Position numbers and translations under genes: made by a program | Notes under the pieces: model-generated | The model's input: only the letters and a program-made list of their open reading frames with translations | Told to the model about the DNA's origin: nothing | Databases searched by the model: none | Shown here: positions 46,101 to 54,555 of the stretch, in pieces | Layout: every line of letters begins with the position of its first letter | Numbering within the stretch: the first letter of the stretch is position 1 | Assembly: GCA_947174325.1 (NCBI GenBank) | Contig: CAMWIL010000001.1 | Location: 14,989-78,988, forward strand | Length of the DNA stretch: 64,000 bases | Source of the DNA: an uncultured Clostridia bacterium | GTDB taxonomy: Bacteria > Bacillota > Clostridia > Christensenellales > UBA3700 | Reading direction: 5' to 3'

Positions 46101-47423
46101 GTGAATAAAAAATTGTTCATATTATTGATCGTGTTGACGATGATATGCGCTATTTTGTTGGCGGTAGGTTGCGATAATCATAATGAAAAAGCTCCGGGCG
46201 GAGATAATACTTTGCCGAGCGGAGGTCAAGACGATAATTTAAGTGGCGGAGACGGAGCGCAGCAAGAACACGTTCATACTTATGCGGTTGAATGGTCTAG
46301 CGATAAGGATTTTCATTGGCACGCGGCGACTTGCGGACATGACTTGACGGCGGATAAATCGGCGCATACGTTTGATGAAAATAGTATGTGCGTCATTTGC
46401 AAATATTACAGTTCAAACGGATTTTTATTTGAATTAAATCAAGACAACGCATCTTATACCGTTAAAGGATTGGAGATGGATAACGATAATACTCAAATCG
46501 TTATTCCTTCTACCTATCAAGGGAAGCCTGTGACAGGCATTGACAATTATGCTTTTAGGCATTGCAGTGACTTGATCAGCGTCTCAATACCTTCCAGTAT
46601 AGAGAGTATCGGTTCATACGCGTTTGACGGGTGTAACGCTTTGAAAGCAGTTTATATAACGGATATTTCAAGTTGGTGCAAAATAAACTTCAAAGGCAGT
46701 TTTTCAAATCCATTGGAATACGCGCAGAAATTATACCTCAATAATAAATTGGTTACTGACTTAACCATACCGGCTGAAATTACTAAATTTGATATTTATG
46801 CGTTTTATAATTGCGTAGATTTATCAAGCATTACGGTAGATCCTAATAATGCCGTGTATAGAAGCCAAGATAATTGTTTGATAGAAAAGCAAACCGATAG
46901 ATTGGTGTTGGGATGCAAAAACAGCGTGATACCCGAATACGTAAAAAGCATAGGCTCGTCCGCATTTGAGGGATGTAGAGAATTGACGAGCATAGAAATA
47001 CCTTCCGGCGTGAGCTTTATTGGTTTTTATGCATTCGCAGGGTGCGAGAATTTGACGAAGATAGTCATTCCGTCAGGGGTGAAAATCATTTGTGACGGAG
47101 TATTCAAAAATTGCAGTAGTTTGGAAAGCGTTAATATACCTTCCGGCGTAATGGAAATCGGAATGTCGGCGTTTTCAGGTTGCGCTAGTCTGAAAAACGT
47201 TGAAATACCTGCCGGAATTACTGATATCGGTCAAGGAGCTTTCGCATCTTGCGTCAATTTGACGAAGATAGTCATTCCGGTCGGCGTGACGAATATCGGA
47301 GCTTTGGCTTTTGTAAATTGCCCTAAACTCACTATATATTGCGAGCTATCTGGTATGCAAAGTGGATGGAAAGAAACTTGGAACGGTAATTGTGAAGTCG
47401 TATTTGATTATATTAGAGATTAG
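46101..47423 (+). CDS. BspA-type leucine-rich-repeat lipoprotein with an N-terminal Cys/His module
   Basis: Lipobox AVGC. At least 8 repeats of about 23 aa of the I-P-x-x-V-x-x-I-G-x-x-A-F-x-x-C-x-x-L type. GTG start with SD GGAGG. Confidence 0.75.
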   Translation: MNKKLFILLIVLTMICAILLAVGCDNHNEKAPGGDNTLPSGGQDDNLSGGDGAQQEHVHTYAVEWSSDKDFHWHAATCGHDLTADKSAHTFDENSMCVICKYYSSNGFLFELNQDNASYTVKGLEMDNDNTQIVIPSTYQGKPVTGIDNYAFRHCSDLISVSIPSSIESIGSYAFDGCNALKAVYITDISSWCKINFKGSFSNPLEYAQKLYLNNKLVTDLTIPAEITKFDIYAFYNCVDLSSITVDPNNAVYRSQDNCLIEKQTDRLVLGCKNSVIPEYVKSIGSSAFEGCRELTSIEIPSGVSFIGFYAFAGCENLTKIVIPSGVKIICDGVFKNCSSLESVNIPSGVMEIGMSAFSGCASLKNVEIPAGITDIGQGAFASCVNLTKIVIPVGVTNIGALAFVNCPKLTIYCELSGMQSGWKETWNGNCEVVFDYIRD

Positions 47424-47457
47424 TTCTACAAATTTATTTTGCGCAAATAAGCGTTGA

Positions 47458-47507
47458 TCAATAGCCCTCCGATTTTTACGTCGGAGGGCTATTGATTTTA
47501 TTTTTTA
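47458..47507. terminator. Intrinsic terminator between the convergent LRR and MarR-GNAT genes
   Basis: 15-bp stem tcaatagccctccga / tcggagggctattga followed by a T-rich run. Confidence 0.75.
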
Positions 47508-47547
47508 ATAATTAATCGATTACTATAAAAGGGATTGTGAGATATTA

Positions 47548-48450
47548 CTATTTTTTTACGTATTCAAATGCTATATTGCCTCGTTCATATCCGTAATTAT
47601 CCAATTTTATTTCTTTAAATCCGAATTTTTTATAAATATGAAGCGCAGGTTTTAGCTTGCTGTTTGACAAAATAAAGAGTCTTTTTGCGCCATTATTCAA
47701 CGCCCAATTTGCTGACGCTTCAAATACTGCGTTCCCTGCGCCTTTGTGGGGAAGATTTTTATTGGAAGCGAGTTTGCATATTTCCCATGTGGAGTCGTCT
47801 AACGGCTTCGCCATACAAGTGGCAAGAGCGATACCGTCTCGTACGGCAACAAATATCATTGCGCCGTTTTCTAAATCTTTATCAATATTTTCAAATTCTT
47901 CGATATCGTGTTTTTCAACTTTTTCAAAATACGTAGTTATCCAATCTGTATTAAAGTCTATGAAATCTTGCCTATATCGTTCCTCAAAAGGGATAACCTT
48001 GAATGCGCGTTCTGACTCTTTTAATAAGCGCGTTGCGCAAGCAAGCGACTTGCAAAGTTCACTGCATTGATCTAAATCCAAATTAGCTATTTTTTTGTCA
48101 ATGAACTTATTAGTCTGATCAAAAAGATCTTGGATTTCAAGTTCGCCGGCGGGGGTAAGGCTGACGATCGAATTTCTTTTATCGTGTTCGTCAATGCTTT
48201 TTTGTATAATACCTTTTTTCTGAAAATTTTTCAATATTCTGCTGAGATAACTTTTATCTATGCATAACTCTTTAACTATTTTGTCTTGAATACATTTTTG
48301 ATTTTTCCATATTTCAAACAAAACTCTTATTTCAGCCAAAGAATATGGCGATTCAAGATAATTTGAATTCAATAAATTCATATGAACAGTATAATAGCGG
48401 TTGAATTCGCGTATTCTGTCAATCGTTTCTTGTCTAATACTCATAATCAT
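47548..48450 (-). CDS. MarR-family HTH fused to a GNAT acetyltransferase domain
   Basis: N-terminal winged-HTH (SLAEIRVLFEIW...SYLSRILKNFQKKGII). C-terminal GNAT fold blocks (HKGAGNAVF...LHIYKKFGF). SD AGGAG. Confidence 0.75.
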   Translation of the reverse strand: MIMSIRQETIDRIREFNRYYTVHMNLLNSNYLESPYSLAEIRVLFEIWKNQKCIQDKIVKELCIDKSYLSRILKNFQKKGIIQKSIDEHDKRNSIVSLTPAGELEIQDLFDQTNKFIDKKIANLDLDQCSELCKSLACATRLLKESERAFKVIPFEERYRQDFIDFNTDWITTYFEKVEKHDIEEFENIDKDLENGAMIFVAVRDGIALATCMAKPLDDSTWEICKLASNKNLPHKGAGNAVFEASANWALNNGAKRLFILSNSKLKPALHIYKKFGFKEIKLDNYGYERGNIAFEYVKK

Positions 48451-48479
48451 TTTCTCCTATCAAAAATTGTATTAACTCT

Positions 48480-48522
48480 ATAATAGTACAAATAGTGGAC
48501 ATTGTCAACTATTTGTACTATT
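48480..48522 (-). promoter_or_regulatory. MarR-GNAT promoter overlapped by a 14-bp perfect inverted repeat (candidate autoregulatory operator)
   Basis: The inverted repeat is aatagtacaaatag (48482-48495) / ctatttgtactatt (48509-48522). Minus-strand TTGACA (48508-48503), 17-nt spacer, TATTAT (48485-48480). Confidence 0.55.
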
Positions 48523-48660
48523 GATGATTTTGGAAATATTTGATAATTAATCTGGAAGTTGGCGAACAGGTCGCCAAGATTTCGCTACGCTCAATGCGAA
48601 CCGCTCAATCCGTAATAAGCTTAGTTTGTTATTCTATCGTAGACTTGAAGTGAGCGCGCA

Positions 48661-48685
48661 GGTCGCAATTCCCGTGGAGTCCCAC
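48661..48685 (+). other. Degenerate tRNA-Glu 3'-half-like segment, inverted relative to the intact tRNA-Glu
   Basis: ggtcgcaattcccgtggagtcccac resembles the T-arm plus acceptor 3' strand (ggttcgattcccgatggagtcacca) of the adjacent tRNA-Glu but sits on the opposite strand. Confidence 0.4.
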
Positions 48686-48687
48686 GC

Positions 48688-48719
48688 AAAACGGACAGCA
48701 ATTATAACTGTCCGTTTTT
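48688..48719 (-). terminator. Intrinsic terminator following tRNA-Glu (palindromic, usable on both strands)
   Basis: aaaacggacag / ctgtccgtttt stem with a 9-nt loop, flanked by A and T runs. Confidence 0.75.
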
Positions 48720-48720
48720 G

Positions 48721-48795
48721 TGGTGACTCCATCGGGAATCGAACCCGAGTTACCGCCGTGAAAGGGCGATGTCTTGACCGCTTGACCATGGAGCC
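48721..48795 (-). tRNA. tRNA-Glu (anticodon UUC), encoded CCA
   Basis: The reverse complement GGCTCCATGGTCAAGCGGTCAAGACATCGCCCTTTCACGGCGGTAACTCGGGTTCGATTCCCGATGGAGTCACCA folds as a cloverleaf. The anticodon loop is CTTTCAC. Confidence 0.9.
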
Positions 48796-48914
48796 TTATT
48801 GATAGATAACGCTAGTTAAATATAATATAAATATTGTTTGTTGTCAACTAAATTTGTTGAATTTAATGAAAATTGTCAAAATTCTTATTATTCGGGATAA
48901 TTTGCAGGTTTTAC

Positions 48915-48943
48915 TTGCGGTGACAACTTATGTCGGATATAAT
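48915..48943 (+). promoter_or_regulatory. Promoter placed to give a leaderless Ppx/GppA mRNA starting at ATG 48951
   Basis: TTGCGG (48915-48920), 17-nt spacer, TATAAT (48938-48943), then 7 nt to ATG 48951 (MRYGIIDIGSNS). Confidence 0.4.
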
Positions 48944-49811
48944 TATTTATATGAGATACGGAATTATAGATATTGGCTCAAACTCTGTTAGGTTGCTCGT
49001 AAGCGATGATATGGACAGAGTCTTTAAGAAAATAAATACCACGGGTTTGGGGCGCGGTCTTGCTTTGACAGGACGATTGCAAGAAGACAATATGGTCAAT
49101 ACGGCAAATGCCGTGATCGATTTTGTCAAAGAGGCAAAGCGCGTCGGTTGCGAAGAAATTTATACGTTTGCTACGGAAGCCGTCAGGAGCGCGAAAAACC
49201 GCTCAGATTTTATGAAATTACTTTCGGCTAAGGAAATAGTCGTTGACGTTGTGGCGAGTCAAGACGAGGCGAAATTGGGCTTTGCAGGAGCATATACGCA
49301 AGGAAGATGCTGCGTAATGGATATAGGCGGAGCGAGTACGGAACTTGCGGTCGGCGATGAAAACGGCTTGATCTACGCAAAAAGTATGCCGGTCGGATTG
49401 GTGAGGATATACGATAATTGCAAAGAAGATTATTCGTCAATAGACAAATATATTTCCGACGTAATAAAAGGCTATGGACATATTCCCAAATTTGACGAAC
49501 TTCTGTCAATAGGCGGTACTGCCTCTACTTTTGTTGCTATGAGCGAGAATATGAAAATCTACGATCCAAAAGTTGTGGACAACTATAAATTGACGTTGGA
49601 GACTGTGGAGAAGTGGACTGAAAAAATACACGCGTTGGATATTGAAAAAAGATATATTGACGGTCTAGAACCAAAACGTCGTAACGTCATAGTGGGCGGC
49701 GGTAGACTGCTGGCGGCATTGATGAGAATGCTTGGCAGGAACTACGTTATAGTCCGTGAGAGCGATAATCAAGAGGGGTATCTCAAAGGCATTTTGTCAA
49801 AAAATCATTGA
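48930..49811 (+). CDS. Ppx/GppA-family phosphatase (exopolyphosphatase N-terminal domains only)
   Basis: IIDIGSNSVRL, DIGGASTE and GGTAS ASKHA-fold motifs. The start is ambiguous between ATG 48930 and ATG 48951, and neither has an SD. Confidence 0.8.
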   Translation: MSDIIIYMRYGIIDIGSNSVRLLVSDDMDRVFKKINTTGLGRGLALTGRLQEDNMVNTANAVIDFVKEAKRVGCEEIYTFATEAVRSAKNRSDFMKLLSAKEIVVDVVASQDEAKLGFAGAYTQGRCCVMDIGGASTELAVGDENGLIYAKSMPVGLVRIYDNCKEDYSSIDKYISDVIKGYGHIPKFDELLSIGGTASTFVAMSENMKIYDPKVVDNYKLTLETVEKWTEKIHALDIEKRYIDGLEPKRRNVIVGGGRLLAALMRMLGRNYVIVRESDNQEGYLKGILSKNH

Positions 49812-49867
49812 ATAATATCTGAAAATATCTACCAAAAGGAAAATTTAATGAAAAGAGCGAAAAACTC

Positions 49868-49896
49868 TTGACAAAACTTAAAAATTCAATTATTAT
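49868..49896 (+). promoter_or_regulatory. sigma-A-like promoter for the tRNA-fMet / tRNA-Met pair
   Basis: TTGACA (49868-49873), 17-nt spacer, TATTAT (49891-49896). Confidence 0.5.
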
Positions 49897-49915
49897 TGTA
49901 AAGCATTCTAAATAT

Positions 49916-49990
<75 letters not shown>

Positions 49991-49997
49991 TTATTTA

Positions 49998-50074
49998 GCC
50001 GGTGTAGCTTAGTTGGTTAGAGCGGTCGGTTCATACCCGACAGGTCATTGGTTCGACTCCGATCACCGGTACCA
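49998..50074 (+). tRNA. Elongator tRNA-Met (CAU), encoded CCA
   Basis: Cloverleaf with anticodon loop TTCATAC and a G1-U72 pair, resembling the Bacillus elongator Met as I recall it. A lysidine-modified tRNA-Ile2 cannot be excluded from sequence alone. Confidence 0.8.
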
Positions 50075-50075
50075 A

Positions 50076-50110
50076 AATACCGAATCTCAATAAGAGATCC
50101 GGTATTTTTT
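50076..50110 (+). terminator. Intrinsic terminator after the tRNA pair
   Basis: 13-bp stem (one A-C mismatch) ataccgaatctc / gagatccggtat, followed by a T-run. Confidence 0.7.
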
Positions 50111-50187
50111 GTATTCTTTGTTTTGATACGAATTTAGCGAAAATTCAGTTGATTGCGTTATATAAATAGCGTAGATATTAAGCGATG

Positions 50188-50216
50188 TTGACACTTGCGC
50201 GTTTGACATATATAAT
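50188..50216 (+). promoter_or_regulatory. sigma-A consensus promoter for the DUF4874/4832-like gene
   Basis: TTGACA (50188-50193), 17-nt spacer, TATAAT (50211-50216). Confidence 0.55.
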
Positions 50217-50244
50217 TATATTGATTTAAGTTGAGGGGTGAATT

Positions 50245-51645
50245 ATGAAAAAACAGTGGTTTATTTCAGTAGTCATAGTGTTAATAATAACGCTTTCAGT
50301 ATGCTTTACGTTTGCCGCATGCAATAAATTGAATATAGCGGAATATAACGCAGCGCCTACGGCATTTGCTTATGCTCTTGATACGAGTATTCCGTTTGTG
50401 TCGCTTGAGACCGCGCCGAAAGATAACAACAGCAGAGGATTTAGAGGAGAAACGTATATTTCGCTAGGAACAAATGAAGCGTATCCGGGCAGCGGTGAAG
50501 ATTATATGCAAAAACTCGAAAATGAGTTGGAAATTCTAAGAAAAGACGATATCCGTTTGATGCAGGTTTACGTTTATTTGATAGAATATTATAACACGGA
50601 TATTCCCCAAAGCGCGTTTAAGCAACTTAAAGATTATTTTCAAGTTTTTGAGAGTAAAGGCATAAAAATGTTGCTGCGATTTGCTTACGAAACAAACGAG
50701 GGACAGAAAAACGGACCTAGGACGAAAGATATCGTACGACATTGCGTTCAAATAAAGGAATTTATAAACGATAACCTTACGCTTTTTAACAAAACCGTAT
50801 ATGCGGTTCAGATGGGACTAATAGGATTGTGGGGAGAAGGACACGGAAGCGCGCATAAACACAACGTCGCTACGGTTGCGAAGGCGTTCGCGGACGCTAT
50901 ACCGCAGAATATACCGTTAATGGTTCGTACTCCACAAATGATATCAGCATTGGATGAGGAAATCGAAGGAAGATTTGGAATGCACGAAGATTACGTCATA
51001 GGATATAACGATCCATGGGTAGCGATTGCGACTGACGATAAATATTATCAAGCGGTAATCAATAAATGTAAATACGCGATAACAGATGGCGAAATGCCTT
51101 GGGGAAGGGCGAACTTACCTATAAATACGCTTGGAGCAATCAAAACTTGCGTAGATTTTGCTATGTCGAGTTTTTCCTTGGCGCATAATTATATAGAAGA
51201 CGGCGGCGAGTATGCGCTTGAAAAATGGAAGTCTGAATATTTGACGGAAGAAATTCTTAAAGAAAATAATTTCCCATACAACCCGTCGTTGCTGACAAAC
51301 GGCAAGATTAGCGCGTTTGATTATCTCAAATATCATCTCGGCTACCAATTAGTTGCGTCGAATTTGCAACTCGATAACAATCAGGCGTCGTTTATGCTAA
51401 CGAATTACGGATTTGCAAGTCCTTACGGATACGATATGCGTGTCTATGTGGACGGAAAACTCGTGACAATTAACGAGCAGTTTGATAATATGGATTTGAT
51501 ACAGTTTTCTCAGAAGATTTATACGTTTAATTATTCAGGCGGTGATATAGCAGTTGAATTTGTCAATACGCGCGATGAAAATGATAAAATCAGATTGTTC
51601 AACGACGTTCCTTTTGTCAATGGAAGAAACGTAATTTTCGATTAA
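50245..51645 (+). CDS. Lipoprotein, DUF4874/DUF4832-like putative glycoside hydrolase (TIM-barrel)
   Basis: Lipobox FAAC. The pattern GIKMLLRFAYE ... VYAVQMGLIGLWGEGHGS resembles the DUF4874/4832 family as I recall it. This is not verified. Confidence 0.5.
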   Translation: MKKQWFISVVIVLIITLSVCFTFAACNKLNIAEYNAAPTAFAYALDTSIPFVSLETAPKDNNSRGFRGETYISLGTNEAYPGSGEDYMQKLENELEILRKDDIRLMQVYVYLIEYYNTDIPQSAFKQLKDYFQVFESKGIKMLLRFAYETNEGQKNGPRTKDIVRHCVQIKEFINDNLTLFNKTVYAVQMGLIGLWGEGHGSAHKHNVATVAKAFADAIPQNIPLMVRTPQMISALDEEIEGRFGMHEDYVIGYNDPWVAIATDDKYYQAVINKCKYAITDGEMPWGRANLPINTLGAIKTCVDFAMSSFSLAHNYIEDGGEYALEKWKSEYLTEEILKENNFPYNPSLLTNGKISAFDYLKYHLGYQLVASNLQLDNNQASFMLTNYGFASPYGYDMRVYVDGKLVTINEQFDNMDLIQFSQKIYTFNYSGGDIAVEFVNTRDENDKIRLFNDVPFVNGRNVIFD

Positions 51646-51718
51646 CGTAGCGGTCAAGTAGAGAAGAATTAAACGAAAAAAGATATTATTTTATTTAAAT
51701 AATTATGAACGATAAAAA

Positions 51719-51751
51719 CAGGGACGCAGAAATGCGCCCCTGAATTTTTTT
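51719..51751 (+). terminator. Probable intrinsic terminator
   Basis: cagggacgca / tgcgcccctg stem (one mismatch), 4-nt loop, then AATTTTTTT. Confidence 0.6.
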
Positions 51752-51769
51752 GTCAAATGACTTTAGTCA

Positions 51770-53866
51770 TTATTTGCCGGCAGTGCCGTAAGAGATATCG
51801 GTGAACTTGATGTTTACCAAAGCATTCAAGAGTTCAGGCAAGCCTACAGATACCCAAGTATCGCCCTCTTCAATTTTAATGTGGTTAAGTCCTCTGATCT
51901 CTGCGTTGATATTGATACCAGTCTTATCCAAACCGAGAGTTGCGGAGAGGAAGAGTTCTTTAGTCTCAGATTCGCCAAGCTTGAAGCCTATGTTGCCGAG
52001 CGTTACGCTGATCTTACCGTTTTCAGCTACGATAGACAGTCCGTCAATAATATCTTTAACGGTAGACGGGATCAACTCAGAAGATTGTTCTTCTTTATCT
52101 TCATCTGGCAACGCGTCATAATCAGCTTTCAACATTGGTCTGCCTTTGTAAAGAACGTAACCGTTTGCTACAGCGAAATCGCCGTTGCTGTCAAATCTTA
52201 CGGTGCCATTAGAGTTTGCTCTGTAACCGTGTTCTGTATCAACTTTCCAATTTCCAGCTTCATCTTTTACGTAACCGCATGCAGCCTTAGGAGTCGGAAC
52301 GCCTTTGTAGAGTTCGAAATCAGCGCCTACAACCAAGTTGCCGTCCTTATCTCTGTCAGGCTCGCCGTCTTTGTTTGCGTCAACGTAACCGTTTGCGGTG
52401 TCAACAGCATAACCGCCCTTGTAATCGGTGCCGTTTGCGTATACGTATCCGGGATCAAGATTTGCAGGGAGTTTAATAATGCTGCCGGAAAGAGTATTCC
52501 AAACAGTTGAAATAGCCATATTTCCGCTTGTAAGACCGCCCAAACCAAGTTCTTCAAGGTTAAGACCGAGAGCGTCGATCTTGAGCGCGCTTACTACGAG
52601 GTTGTTATTCTTTTTAGAGAGTTCAACTTGCAAGAAGTCTGCGTCATCCTTTGTGGTTATCTTGATATTGAGATAATCCAAAGCCGTATTTACAGCCTCG
52701 ATAGCTTTATCAATAGCGTGCGGCAAAGAGTGAATACCCGTGAAGTCCAAATTTACAAGTTTTGCAGGATCTGCAGCAATTGCAAATTCCAAATTATATG
52801 TATCTGCAGGAATATTGATATTCAACAAACCGAACAAAGAAACGTTTTCAATACCTTGTTCCAAAGTCAAAGATCCTTTTGCGCTGAGGTTGATAGCGCC
52901 GATGCCAGCCGGGTAGCTTGCATAGTCTGCAGGGAATACAGGAGTTACAGCGTCGCCGAACTTAAGGTCGATATTTGCTGTAGCAGTGAAGTCGTTTGCA
53001 ATATTGAGTTTAAGCAAAGTGCCTTTGCCTTCTTTTTTGTTTATTTCAATATTTTTAGCAGGGCAAGACAAATCAGCGGTGATGCCGGTGATAACAGCTT
53101 CTTCAGCTTTTTTGCTGCTCACGTTGATGTTGATGCCAAGTTCGAGAGCAGGGAGAACTGCAGCCAAATTCTTAGCCTCTACGTCCAAACCAAGAGCAGT
53201 TACGATGCCGCCTACCAATTCAGGGATAGTAGCGTCTTCTTCATTGTTCAAAAGACCGTTGAGAAGAGTTCCGAGATTGATAGAAAGACGGTATGACGTA
53301 CCCTTTCTGGAAACTTGGGCGTTTACTCCGTCAAAGCTAACTACCATAGACAAGAGATCAAGGAAGTCGGAAATTCCGCCGGTAACCGTCGAAGAAATAG
53401 CGTCTGCGTCGTCATTGCTCACACTTGCATTGTTTTTCTTCAAAATTTCTTTAACAGCGAAAGCGTTGAGTTTGTACTTATTTTCACCCAACAACAAATA
53501 TACGGATGGGTCATTTTCATGATAGTAAGCAGAAACAACGTTCTTGCCGCTGGTAACGTCTTTGATTTCCAAACTTGCCTGGTTTTGTGCAGAGTTGGTT
53601 GGATCAAGAGCAAGCGCAGCGTTAATATCGATCGTATAAGTCTTCTTGGAATCTCCATAAGTCGTATCGATCGTCATAAGCGCGCCGAGTTTCAAGTTGT
53701 TGATGTTCTTGTTTTGAGCGGTATTTTCAACGGCAGCGTTGAGGAATTCGGTCATTTCTTCATAATCGACGTCCTTCCAATCCTTACAACCAACGAGGGC
53801 GGTAAGAGTGAAGCCGAGAACCATAACTGCTATCAACAGAAAGACAACAATTTTTTTGTTCTTCAT
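51770..53866 (-). CDS. Large hypothetical lipoprotein (698 aa)
   Basis: Signal plus lipobox (LVGC) and SD GGAGG. It contains a DANKDGEPDRDKDGN Ca-binding-like (DxDxDG) stretch. No family is recognised. Confidence 0.6.
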   Translation of the reverse strand: MKNKKIVVFLLIAVMVLGFTLTALVGCKDWKDVDYEEMTEFLNAAVENTAQNKNINNLKLGALMTIDTTYGDSKKTYTIDINAALALDPTNSAQNQASLEIKDVTSGKNVVSAYYHENDPSVYLLLGENKYKLNAFAVKEILKKNNASVSNDDADAISSTVTGGISDFLDLLSMVVSFDGVNAQVSRKGTSYRLSINLGTLLNGLLNNEEDATIPELVGGIVTALGLDVEAKNLAAVLPALELGININVSSKKAEEAVITGITADLSCPAKNIEINKKEGKGTLLKLNIANDFTATANIDLKFGDAVTPVFPADYASYPAGIGAINLSAKGSLTLEQGIENVSLFGLLNINIPADTYNLEFAIAADPAKLVNLDFTGIHSLPHAIDKAIEAVNTALDYLNIKITTKDDADFLQVELSKKNNNLVVSALKIDALGLNLEELGLGGLTSGNMAISTVWNTLSGSIIKLPANLDPGYVYANGTDYKGGYAVDTANGYVDANKDGEPDRDKDGNLVVGADFELYKGVPTPKAACGYVKDEAGNWKVDTEHGYRANSNGTVRFDSNGDFAVANGYVLYKGRPMLKADYDALPDEDKEEQSSELIPSTVKDIIDGLSIVAENGKISVTLGNIGFKLGESETKELFLSATLGLDKTGININAEIRGLNHIKIEEGDTWVSVGLPELLNALVNIKFTDISYGTAGK

Positions 53867-54139
53867 AATTTTGATAACCTCCTAAGTTATTCATATATTT
53901 TTATACATATATTATAAAGAAAAAAAAATCGCGTGTCAATATCTTTTTTTATACAAATTGTTTTTTTGTATAGTTTATGTAAAATTATGATAAAGGGAAA
54001 TAAATTTAATAACTTTTGTTCAAATTAATTCGTTTAGTATTATATTTGGCAATATTATTGAATTTGCGACGTAAACAGTTTTGATTTAATTATACATCGC
54101 CGATCAAATTTGTATGGCTTTGGGCTTCAATTCGCAAGT

Positions 54140-54484
54140 TTAGTCCGAACAGACGATAATATCTTCAAGCGTGAGTTCGCAAAGATCGCAATAAACGTAT
54201 AAGTCCTCGATCGAAATTATGGATCTTGCGTCTTCCCAGTTGGCGACTTGCGAGTCCGACCAACCAGCGACTGCGCTGGCAAGTTCATTTCTCGAAATGT
54301 GATTATCCATATCGAAAGTGCAATTTTTGCATTTATCTCCGCCTACGCAATAGTATTTGCTGTTTTCTTGACTTCTGCAATAGGCGCAGATTTTTTTGAT
54401 CAAATTGATATTGTGACGTCTAAGGTATTCGAGATTTTTTCCCGTCTTGACCCAATCTATACTTTTTGCGGTGTACTTTTCCAT
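54140..54484 (-). CDS. XRE-type HTH protein interrupted by a Cys-rich (zinc-ribbon-like) insertion
   Basis: ATG 54484 has GGGAG 5 nt upstream. KTGKNLEYLRR ... ISRNELASAVAGWSDSQVANWE resembles HTH_3 but is split by CAYC-x11-C-x5-C-x2-C. Confidence 0.55.
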   Translation of the reverse strand: MEKYTAKSIDWVKTGKNLEYLRRHNINLIKKICAYCRSQENSKYYCVGGDKCKNCTFDMDNHISRNELASAVAGWSDSQVANWEDARSIISIEDLYVYCDLCELTLEDIIVCSD

Positions 54485-54555
54485 ATTCGCTCCCAAGATA
54501 TTGCTTGAATAGAGTATAACATATCGTCAATCTTTTTTACAAACGATTTAGTAGC

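Noticed and set aside
53950-53990. A possible dif/Xer site (ttatgtaaaat resembles the XerD arm TTATGTAAACT of the Bacillus dif site as I recall it)
   Set aside because: Only the right arm is similar. The central region and left arm (ttgtttttttg) do not match, and the region is generally AT-rich promoter DNA.
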